Notes under the pieces: model-generated
Told to the model about the DNA's origin: nothing
The model's input: only the letters and a program-made list of their open reading frames with translations
Database searches by the model: none
Translations under genes and position numbers: made by a program
Source of the DNA: the human T2T-CHM13v2.0 reference genome, Homo sapiens
Direction: 5' to 3' (one strand)
Length of the DNA: 64,000 nt
NCBI RefSeq assembly: GCF_009914755.1
Contig: NC_060927.1
Part shown: in pieces, positions 53,681 to 64,000 of the stretch
Position numbering within the stretch: the stretch's first letter is position 1
Layout of the letters: each line of letters begins with the position of its first letter

Positions 53681-54323
53681 ATATGTGCATCACAGTACAA
53701 ACGTATAGAGTACTTAGCACCCACAACAAGGGGGCACAGACTCATTCCAAACACTTCACTTCATGGTCTCATTTAATTAATAGCACTTGCTGGGGAAATG
53801 ATGTTATTATTGCCATTTTAAAGTTAGTGATGTGGTGGACTAAGCATGAGAGGGGAATTCCAGAAAGAACAAGAATGGACAAGGATCATTAGATGAGTTG
53901 CTCAATATCACTGCTCATCAGGGAAATGCAAAATCATATATAAATTTAGAAGTATAGCTGTACCAAGCATTGACAAAGGACAGGGGATGTGTAAACTGCT
54001 GCTGGCTGGGGGCCAGTGGGCATGGCCCGCCTGGAAGGGCAGTTGGGAGGTACTTAGAAAAGTTGAAGATGCACTTGTGTTACTATCTAGAAACTCAACT
54101 TTTAGGTACCCACTCTAGAGAGATTCCCATTCATGTGCACCCGGAAGACATGTGGGATGGTGTTTGTTGCCACATTGTTTGGGACTAAAATTTAAAAAAG
54201 GAAAAATGTTGCTGTTGGTAAGGCTGGAATACTTACACTTTCTTCAATTCATAAAATGGAATTTTTCAGCATGAAATAATATCAAAGATATAATGTTGAC
54301 CAAAATAAAGCAAGGTACCAAAG

Positions 54324-55663
54324 TGATGGCAGCAGCAGGCTGCTCCAGACAGCCTGCCACTGCCATCATGCCAACTGCAGCACTGAGGCATGGCAGGGGA
54401 TGCACACTCCATGGAGCCGGCAAGAGCCAGAGACAAGTGGGAGCTCCACCCCTTCTGAGTTGGGGCAGGAGTTCCCTGGGTGCTGCTGCAGCTGCCCAAC
54501 CTGTGGCTGCAGACCCAGGCCTTCTACTCCATGGAACAGGCAGGAGCCCCACCCTCCCAGGCAGGGCTGCACACAACTTGGGTGGCTGCAGATTTGAGCC
54601 TCCCTGTGCTCTTGGGGGCTGGGATCAGGCAGGAGCCCTGTCCTCCTGGGCGCAGCTGCAGCCACCCAAACTGTGGCTGTAGATCTGGGCTTCCTGCTCC
54701 ACAGGGCAGGCAGAAGCCTTGTGCTCCCCCACCAAAACACCCCTCCCTATGTTAAACTGCATCTGCACAAACCACAGGTGCCGATTCAGGCATCCCTGAA
54801 CTCTTGGAAGGCCCCCTGCCCTGGCAGGCTCAGAAATGCCTGCTCCTGCTGGCTTCTCTCTGCTGTCAGTGCCTGCTCCAATCTCAGGGCAAAGTCAGGG
54901 CCAGGCATGGGTGCCATGAAGGGCCGCAGTAGGCAAGCAGATTCCTGAGTGGAAGAGGACAGTCCCTGGTGAGGCCCAACCAGAGTGGGAAATTGTGGTG
55001 CCTTTTCCAGGCAGCACATAGCCGCCCACGGACCAATCCACATGCACTTCCTCCCCTCTGAAGCCCATGAAAGCCTTTGGTTCAGCCAGAGCTGAGCAGA
55101 CAACTGGACAACCAGCTGCAGAGAGGAACTACCCTCTCTGCTGAGAGCTTCAGAGACCTGCGCAGACATCGGGACTACCAGCTGCAGAGAGAAGCTACCC
55201 TCTCCAGGGCCTCTTCTCTGCTGGGAGCAGCAGACATTGGGATGACCTGCTGCAGAGAAGAGCCTCACTCTTCAAGGCTTCCTTTCTGATGAGAGCAGCA
55301 GAGATGGGGCCAACCAGTTGCAGAGAGGAGCCACGCTCTCTAGGGTCTCCTCTATGCTGAGAGCTGAACACTCACTGAAGTGACCCGCCAGCAGAGAGGA
55401 GCCACCCACTCCACCCACTCCAGGCCTCCTCTCTGCTGAGAGCTGAATACTGGATGGGACAACCTGCCTACAGAGAGGAGCTACTCACTGTTGGTCTCCT
55501 CTGAGCTGTTCTAATACTCAGTAAGGCTCCTTTTTATCTTGCTCACCCTCCACTTGTCTGCATACCTCATTCTTCCTGGATGCAGGGCAAGAACTCAGGC
55601 AAAGGTGCCACCAGCCACAGAGGTTTCTAGCCAGAAAAGTGACACACAAAAGATCCCATAACA
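54324..55663 (+). mobile_element. MER52-family ERV1 5' LTR with internal tandem sub-repeats
   Basis: tgatggcagcagcaggctgctccag ... gatcccataaca; repeated ctgcagctgcccaa..gtggctgcaga units (~54480-54720) and ctgcagagaggagctaccctct units (~55110-55510); AGTAAG variant poly(A) signal region near 55520. Confidence 0.88.
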
Positions 55664-55666
55664 TTT

Positions 55667-55684
55667 TGGGGGCTGATGTGGGAT
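55667..55684 (+). promoter_or_regulatory. Primer binding site, tRNA-Pro type
   Basis: TGGGGGCTGATGTGGGAT 3 nt after the LTR end versus TGGGGGCTCGTCCGGGAT (14/18). Confidence 0.8.
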
Positions 55685-57002
55685 CTGTGGAAGGGTGAGT
55701 AAAAGTGGATCTGCTTTTTGTCCTTTTTTTCAGAGTCCTTAACTCCACAATAGTTAAAATGAAAGAAAAATACTGAGCATCTGTCAGCCAGTTAAAAGTG
55801 ACTAGCTCGGCTGGCAAACTTATGACACAGAGGGCAGGCTTGCTGGAAAGGACACCATCACCCTCAGGTGTTGGGAATGTTGGCTTTGTTCCAAACCAAT
55901 TTCCCTTCGCAGAGGTCTGGCTGTCCCGTGGTACCAGAAGGAGGTCCTAGGGCAATTGAAGGTATCTGGCTGAGGCTACACCTTGGTGTTGTCTGAAAGC
56001 CCCTGGACTAACTCCAGTCCCCAACCACCTGTTAGGGTGTCAGCAAAAGGACCTCTGGTGCCTGCCTTCCTTTCTCTTTCTCTCTCTCTCTCTCTTTCTT
56101 TCCAGCTGTCATGGTTCCTGTCTCCTCTCCTGTTAAATGTTAAGAATGTTGTTGTAAGCCACAGAAATATTGCTGGGTAGAATGAGCATTTGGCTTAGTC
56201 ATCAGGAGGGTAAATGAGAACAATGTGGTGCCTGTCCATTCTTGGAAGCAAGAAGAATATAACAATTGAGAGTTTTCTTTCCCCTACTGAAGGAACCCAT
56301 ATGCATAGGACAAGAGGCTTTTTCCCCAGGCACCTTCCCCTCCCCTACACTTAAGTTGTAATTTTGGGAGGCATCTCAGGAGACCAGGTCCCCAGTTTCC
56401 AGGACTCCCTTTCTCTCCCTCGTTTGAGGAGGACCTGGTCCCATAGCTTCACCTGTTTGTGACAGGGAAGCAATGGAGGAGTTGCCTTGCTGGTTGCTGG
56501 CTGCAATTTGGTGAGGGCCAACTGAGACTAATTTAATGGATCCATACACCTTCCTGAGGCATCTTTTTCCCAAGTTTTGGTTTGAGGCCCTAGAAAGGAA
56601 AACTAGATCTGAGGGATTCAAAGGCATAATACAGCAGAAGTCTAGGGCACAGCACAGGTGAGTATGACTAATTCCTGCTGATTAGGGCCCTTCTGCTTCA
56701 TGGATGGAGGTCATGCTCACATCCATGGCACAGATAAGGTCTAGGGAACTCAAAGGTTACTGACAGCGGGAGGCTTAGGCACCACACAGTGAGTGCGAAT
56801 ATTCCTGCTGGCTATGCCTCCCCTGCCTTCATGTGTGAAGGTTGCGCTTGCACCCACAGTCAGCACCTGCACAGGTCACTGGAACTCAGGGATATAAGGT
56901 CAGAAGAAAGAAATGGGACACCTTTTTTTCTCTCCCTCACATACCCTGGGTATTCACTGGAAGGAGAAAGGAACAAAGGAATGCCTTTTTCCCTCATTTC
57001 AG

Positions 57003-57480
57003 ATGGGTAACCAACCATCCTCAGCCTGCACTCCCCTTGAGTGTATTCTGAATCACTGGGACTCCGTTGACCCTCAGACTGTAGAGAAAGAGGAAAAAAC
57101 CTTTTCCCTCCTCTGTCCTCTCTTCCAGGTGGGTAACCAACCATCTTCAGCCTGCATTCCTCTAGAATGTATCCTGAATCATTGGGACTACTTAGACCCT
57201 CAGACTCTGAAGAAAAAGCACCCCATACTCCTTTTGCACATATTCCTGATTTCATCAGCTCAGGGTTTGGCCAAATTTTGTTCTTCAGGGAGGAGAAGTG
57301 TGAGCTCTGGATGGAAGCATTAATTTCGGTACCATTCTGCAGCTGGATCTTTTATGTAAAAGTGAAGGCAAATGGTCTAGGATTTCATGTGTGCATGCTC
57401 TCTTTGCCTTGCAAGGTAGTCCGGACCTTTGCCAACATTGTAGGATTCATTCAGCCCTCCTAGCAGCCATCTCAGGATAG
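57003..57480 (+). pseudogene. gag matrix (MA) remnant, ERV9/HERV-W/HUERS-P3-like
   Basis: MGNQPSSACTPLECILNHWD..DPQT twice, then after a frameshift SINFGTILQLDLLCKSEGKWSRISCVHALFALQGSPDLCQHCRI, matching the GSINYNTILQLDLFCK.EGKW motif of gammaretrovirus-like MA. Confidence 0.88.
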
Positions 57481-58082
57481 ACTGCAAGGGACAATCCCAG
57501 GGAACTAGGGAATAGCAAAAGTTGCCCACCCATACAAGTCATCTAGAGAGGTTTTGAATACCCTGTTGCCTAGGCCACACCCTAAGCTGGTGAAATCCAC
57601 CCCTCTGAGGTGGTTTGAAAGGGTTTGGCCATTATCCACCTCTCAGCTCCCCAGCTGATTCCCATGGATATGCAGAATTGAGAGCCACTCAACAAGATGG
57701 TGGAGGGGGAGCAGCCTGGAAGCTGTGTTGGGGACAGACTTGACTCAGAAATAAACAGAAAGCCAAACAGACTCATAGCAATGTGCCCAATACCAATAAA
57801 ACTGAGAAGGTTGTTGAGGAGCTAACCCTCTCCCCAAAATAGTCAGCCCCTCCTTTCTCCACAAGTGAGTAAACAGAGACATGCATTTTGGATACCTTAG
57901 CTTTGGATAAAAAGACTCAACATTGTAAAAATATTTTTTACTTAAATTAAATGTTCAACAAACCCACTTCTATTCAAAATATTACTAATAGTTTTGGATG
58001 CCTGACAAAAATGGTTTGTGGTGGAATATTTTTAAAGCATTAACAGATGTTTATTTTCTTTGCAATTTATTTTACTCTGTTA

Positions 58083-58590
58083 TGTTGGGGACTGCTATTT
58101 GCTACATTGTATCCATTCTCCACTTCTTCCTTAAGACAGACCCTGATATTACTTGGAACAGCAATGATTCAAAAATTTTGTTTCTCTTCCTCCCTTGCAG
58201 CCAGGCATGACCATGTAACAGTTTGGGCTGCTGAGCCAGAAGGGAAAGAGTACTACTGCTAGACTTCCAGGAAGGCTGCTCTAAGAAAGATGACTCAGAG
58301 GTTGCACTTTTTTAGTTTTGGGGGTTTTTTTCCCTCTACTTCCTGCTTCTTGGAACTAGGACATGATGTCTGGAACTCTAGCAGCCATTTTGGACCATGA
58401 GGTGATTGTGTGACTAGAAGACACATCGTAGAATGGAGCACCAAGACGAAAGCCCCCAAAGCTGCCCTATAAGACCTGGACTTCAAACCAGCAAACTTCT
58501 TCCATGTGAGAGAGAAATAAGCTTAGGTTTTGTTTCTGCCAGTGTTATCTTTGTTTTCGGTTATGAGCCACTAAATGTGATCCCACTTGT
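58083..58590 (+). mobile_element. MLT1J-like MaLR LTR
   Basis: tatccattctccacttcttcctta..cctcccttgcagccaggcatgaccatgtaacagtt..tgatgtctggaactctagcagccattttggaccatgagg..atgtgagagagaaataa. Confidence 0.75.
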
Positions 58591-59739
58591 TACCCCAGTC
58601 ATTCTCCCAACTTCCTAGACCCATTAATAGCATTCTACACTCACAGTCCATCAGTGGTGCAAGACTACAACACGATTTTAAATCCAAAAGTGATATAAAT
58701 GATTTTGTGATTCTGTGCTGCTGAGATATGTGCTTTTTTCAACTTGCAAAATATACTATTGAAATCTATAGTTAAAAAAAAATGAGTCTTGAAATCCTAG
58801 TTTTTGCTTACCCAAATCCAAAGCCTCAAAGCACACTCTGGGGAGAAGGTTTTGCTACAGAGAAGAAGCATAAAAGGATCTTTGACTATCTGGGCCACAC
58901 TCTACCCACTCTGCAGGACAAGATGAGCTCCTGTGAGCTGGAGGGAGGGAGACAGTCGGGGAGAAAGTGGGAGTGTTTGGTGCAGGAGCGGGGCCTGGGA
59001 CTTGCCCTCTGGCCAGAAGTGGATAGAAGTGGGAGGGAAATGACAAAGCAAAGAAAAGCAGGACAATGGGTCATGAGCTAGAATCCTGCCATCTTTGAGT
59101 AAAGAGTGGAGGTAAATGGGTTTTGGGGGGCACCTTGGCAAAGGGCCCTGAGGCAGACAGTGGGGTCTCTACCCACCTGAGGGCAGGGGGTCATCCAAGT
59201 TCTCCTGGGCAGACTCGAGTCATCTGGAAGAAGATCAGAGGACCCAGAGTGCCATGAATAGAAGTAGAAAGACCTCTCAGCAGTGGATCTAGAATGCTGA
59301 TGTCTCCCTAGGACTAGAAGAGCCTCCTCATGCCTGCATCTTGGCAAGTCCCTCCAAGAATGTAGGTGACCCCACAAAGAAAGAGGAGTGGGGGAGCACT
59401 GAGCTAGCAGTGACCTGTGAATTGGCCAAGTTTATCATGAACTATGATCAAATCCTGAAACAACTGAGAGTGATATTGAAATGATTAGAAAATCATTTCC
59501 CACACTGCTGTCACTGCAAGGTGGACACCTGTGTGGCAGATGTGGCCCTCTGGCCCTCAGGTGGCAGGAGCAGAGCCCAGGCCAGGAGTCAGAAAACCAA
59601 CCTAGGGAACGGGGCCAGAGGAAGAGGTCTGCTATGAGCTGAGGCTGGGCACACAGGCAGGCCAAAGACAGCCCAAGTCCTGCCAAAAGAGAAAGGTTGG
59701 AATGGGAAAAACACCTGTAGCACTTATGAATTTCTAACA

Positions 59740-60074
59740 TGAGTTCCTACTAATTGATACACAAAAGATATAAAATCCAACAAAAAAATTGTGTAAAAAA
59801 GATATATTAGCAACTAACAGAAAAAGATACAAAAGTGGCCAATAAATGCATACAAAGACACTAAACCTTATTAGTAGCCAAGAAAATTCAAGTTAGAACG
59901 ATAATGAGATAATATACTTTCATCTAAGAGATTGGCAAAAATTATAGAGTCCCAACATTTATTGCTGGGGAGATAGTGTGGGGAAGAGGTGCCCTTATCA
60001 CTGCAGGTTGGAATTGGCATTGATGCCACCTAATTTGAATACAATTTCTTAGTATCTATAAAAATAAAATATGG
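59740..60074 (+). mobile_element. Old L1M ORF2 C-terminal fragment (resumes after ~60490)
   Basis: gaaaaagatacaaaagtggccaataaatgcata..aagaaaattcaagttagaac..gattggcaaaaatt. Confidence 0.7.
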
Positions 60075-60487
60075 CTCAACCCAGCAATCACATTACTGGT
60101 ATATACCCAAAGGGATATAAATCGTTCTATTATAAAGACACATGCATGCATATGTTCATTACAGCACTATTCACAATAGCAAAGACATGGAATCAACTTA
60201 AATGCTCATAAATGATAGACTGGATGAAGGAAATGTGGTAGACACCATGGAATACTATGAAGCCATGACAAAAAAAAATGAGATCATGTCCTCTGGAGGG
60301 ACACAGATGGAGCTGGAGGCCATTATCCTTGGCAAACTAACACAGGAACAGAAAACCAAATACCACATGTTCTCACTTATAAGTGGGAGCTAAATGATGA
60401 GAACGCATGGACACATAGAGGGGAACAACATACACTGGGGTCTAATTTAACTTAAAAGTTAAATTAAAAAATAAATAAAATAAAATA
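60075..60487 (+). mobile_element. L1PA (older primate, PA13-16-like) 3' fragment with deleted 3' UTR
   Basis: tattataaagacacatgc..gcactattcacaatagcaaagacatggaatcaac..gatggagctggaggccattatcctt..atgttctcacttataagtgggagctaaatgatgagaac; jumps from cactgggg to the A-rich tail. Confidence 0.9.
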
Positions 60488-60552
60488 GGGCCGTACTGGT
60501 TGGCATAGGAATCTCACTTTGAGAATTTATTTTACAAAGTTAAAAAACACAA

Positions 60553-60823
60553 GGTCAGGTGCAGTGGCTCACACTACACTTCGGGAGGCCAAAGTGGGTG
60601 GATCACTTGAGCTCAAGAGTTCAAGACCAGCCTGCACAACATGACAAAACCCTGTCTCTATAAAAAATGCAGAAATTACCCAAGCATAGTGGTGCATGCC
60701 TGTGGTCCCAGCTACTGAGGAGGCTGAGGTGGAAGGATCACCTGAGCTCGAGAGGTGGAGGCTGTGGTCAGCCGTGATTGCACCACTGCATTTCAGCCTG
60801 GGCAACAGAATGAGACCCTGTCT
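60553..60823 (+). mobile_element. AluJ (Jb-like), tail lost
   Basis: ggatcacttgagctcaagagttc..cctgtggtcccagctac..ggaaggatcacctgagc..tgagaccctgtct. Confidence 0.9.
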
Positions 60824-61130
60824 TACACCATGTACAAATGTTTAGTGAAGCATTTTGGCAGTAGAAGCACCCTGGAAGCAGCCTATTAGCAGACCTTTGC
60901 CTGCACAACCTAAAGCCTGTGCATCTTGCAGACAGATGCCCAGCAAGGAGATAGTGGCACGAGCGTAGGATGTTTGAGAGGGTGCTTGTAGGCTTATGCA
61001 TAACAGACCCCAGTGGCAACCCAAGAAGCAGCTCCCACTGCAGTGTGCTCACTGGGGTTCATGCTGTGCTTCAATACTAAGTCACCTCTTCCCACTTTGG
61101 AGGGGGCATGGGCTCAAGAGAGGCGCTGGT

Positions 61131-61503
<373 letters not shown>

Positions 61504-62079
61504 TCAGCATGACCCCTGGTGGATGGCATGCCGGGGGTTTGTAAAATCAAACCACAAATGATGCTTTTAATATACACATTTGCTTATATAGACTCGTGTG
61601 ATTATGGGGAAAGATACAATAAGAATGAAGACTAGAGACAGCCAACATTGTTTTTCTACCTTTTGTCTCTTTTTTCTGGTTTTGGTAAAGACATTTTATA
61701 TTCATAATTTGTGAAATTTTAGTAAAAGAGCTATAGTAAAAAAAAAAGTCAAAGGGAAGGGTTTATTTAAGAGGATTGAATACACAAGACAAAAATTTTT
61801 GTTGGGAAAAATTCTCTTCATGCTACTTGGACATTTTCTCTTACAAGTGACTCAAAATCAGCTAATAAAAGCCTACTTAATAAAACATAAAATCCAATTC
61901 ATAATACACCTTTTATCAAACTCTAAAAAGATGAGAACTACCTCAACTTTATCAAACATCTATGAGAAACCTACAGCAAATATCTTGCTTAATGGTGAAA
62001 TGTTTAAAATATTCCCGTTAAAGCCCGGAGGAAGCTAAAGACAAAGCCATCTAATTACTGATTCCTTATTTAGCACCGT

Positions 62080-63050
62080 AAGTATGTCACACTCTCCTTG
62101 TTTATATTAACCCCCCATGCCTTTTGTTTGAACTATCAAATTTTCTTTGATCCCCCTTTTCCTTAATCTGTTCAAAATTTTACATTCTATTCCAACTCAT
62201 GTCGTGGTTCCCAATGGAGACACACACTTCAACTTATAAACGTGTCAGAGTCTAGAATTTCGTTGTTCTCTTATATTCAGCCTGTATGTCATCTCCAGGA
62301 ACTAGACAAGAACTTTAATAATGTCTAGTTCCTTCTGAAGTCCCCCATGCCCCAAATGTCTATGTCAAAGTCTTCTGGAATTTTAATTCCAGATCACCCA
62401 TCTTTCTTCCAGAATCTTACTTATCTAGACTTAATAATATAGCTAACTAATTTCCTTGCTTTCCGATTCTTCTTGCATCCCACTTCTAGGTTTTTTGGGT
62501 TTTTTTCCCTGGCTGAAAAACATTATTCATACTTTCGCTGTACATAACAGCTGAATTCAAACTGCCCTGAACAGAAAAGGGGTTTAGTAGCTTGCACACT
62601 ATAAGTTGTGTACTCTAAGTTCAGGGGAAGCTCAGGCTTCAGGTCCAGTCTGAGTAGGAGTCTCACTTTTTCTCCTTTTTCTGTAGGCCCTTTCTCTCTT
62701 CATGTGGCCTTGCCCTTGAGCTGACACTTCTTGCCTCCTCCACTCCCAAAACATTTGACTGATCATAGAATTCTAGATTCAGAGTTACTTCCCTCTCGAA
62801 GCTCTAAGGATGTTGCACCATTGCTTTCCAGTCATTGATGCTGCCATGCAAAATCTACTGTAAGCCTAATTCTGCTTTCCATGCAGGTCTCAGCTCTCAG
62901 GCAGCTTTTGGAATGTTCTCTCTACCATACTTCATACTCCCAAAGGGTGTTATTCTTGTAGCCCGCTCAGGATTCACATCTTTCTTTCATCGGGAGAATT
63001 CATATAGCCAAAATTTCCTCGTATTTTGCTGTCATCCAAATGTTCAGGCT
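62080..63050 (-). mobile_element. Antisense old L1/HAL1 ORF1-region fragments (possible LTR piece at ~62535-62720)
   Basis: atttgactgatcatagaattctagatt..aaggatgttgcaccattgctttccag..ggagaattc is the reverse of the RILYPAK region; compare 6250-6340 and 52450-52520. Confidence 0.6.
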
Positions 63051-63051
63051 T

Positions 63052-64000
63052 TCCATGTTAGATGACCTCTGGATCCTGTGGATGATGGATCCTGTGGGTC
63101 CTCAGGATGATGGATCCTGGGGGAGCTCCACATTAGATGACCTCTGGATCCTCAGGACAACTGATCACAGAAGAGCTCCAAGTTAGATGACCTCTGATCC
63201 TCAGGACGATGGATTGTGAGGGAGCTCCACGTCACATGACATGTGTCTCCTCAGGATGACAAATCCCAGCAGAGTTCCACATTAGATGACCTCTGGATAC
63301 TCAGGATGATGGATCCCGAGGGAGCTCCATGTTAGATGACCTCTGATCCTCAGGACGACAGATTGTGAGGGAGCTCCACGTTACATGATGTGTGGATCCA
63401 CAGATAACGGATCTCAGGGGAGCTCCATGATAGATGACCTCTAGATACTCAGGACGACGGTTCCCAGGGAAGTTCCACATTAGATGACTTCTCATCCTCA
63501 GGATGATGGATCCTGGGGGGAACTCCATGTTAGGTGACCTGTGGATCCTCAGGATGACAGATCCTGGGAGAGCTCCACGTTAGATGCCTGTGGATCCTCA
63601 GGACAATGGATCCGGAAGGAGCTCCATGTTAAATGACCTGAGTATCCTCTGTATGATGGATCCCAGGGGAGCTTCATGTTAGATGAATCCTAAGATGAGA
63701 TGCGGATCTTCAGGATGATGGATTGCAGGAGAGCTCCATTTCTGATGACCTGTGGATCCTCAGGATGATGGATCCTGGGAGAGCTCTATGTTAGATGGCC
63801 TGAGAATCCTCAGGATGATGGATCCTGGGAGAGCTCCATGTTAGATGACCTGTGGATCCTTAGGACAATGGATCCTGTAAGAGAGCCACATTACATGGCC
63901 TGTGGATCCTCAGGACAATGGATCCCAGAAGAACTCCACATTACATGACCTGTGGATCCTCAGGACAATGGATCCTGGGAGAATTCCATGTTACATGACA
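63052..64000. repeat. ~50-51-bp minisatellite (VNTR-like), about 18-19 units, continues beyond the window
   Basis: Consensus GATGACCTGTGGATCCTCAGGATGATGGATCCTGGGAGAGCTCCATGTTA repeated with variant units. Confidence 0.97.

Larger units (their letters stand above)
55664..57515 (+). mobile_element. ERV internal region (MER52-int/HUERS-P3-like leader and gag start), 3'-truncated
   Basis: Follows PBS; splice-donor-like GGTGAGT at 55694; leader repeats; gag matrix homology; no pol, env or 3' LTR afterwards in the window. Confidence 0.8.

Overview
Primate genomic DNA, almost certainly human because it carries a full-length AluYa5 with all five diagnostic changes. The window is non-coding and repeat-rich. 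I cannot support any intact protein-coding exon: the ORF track is explained by Alu, L1, LTR and simple-repeat translations or by chance ORFs in GC-rich unique DNA. Supported content: 8 Alus (J, S, Yd-type, Ya5); many old L1/HAL1, L2 and MIR fragments; DNA transposons (MER5, MER3, MER1B, MER44, MADE2); MaLR/ERVL solo LTRs (MLT1, MLT2, MSTA, two MER21); a U6 snRNA retropseudogene inside one MER21; a 7.8-kb two-LTR ERV1 provirus on the minus strand (25887-33725) with TSD, PPT, a decayed tRNA-Met-like PBS, an env TM remnant and an unrelated third LTR inside it; a 5'-half MER52-type provirus with a Pro PBS and an in-frame duplicated gag N-terminus; a 61-bp tandem repeat; and a ~50-bp minisatellite running off the right end that appears to have grown out of L1 ORF1 sequence. 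Two unique regions look regulatory (785-1362 motif cluster; 7330-7900 promoter-like GC/polypurine tract), but I cannot name a gene. I see no convincing new biological system; the best leads are the mosaic provirus, the L1-derived minisatellite, the gag duplication and the candidate promoter/enhancer. Repeat subfamily names are from recall of consensus sequences, not a database search, and boundaries of old repeats are approximate.
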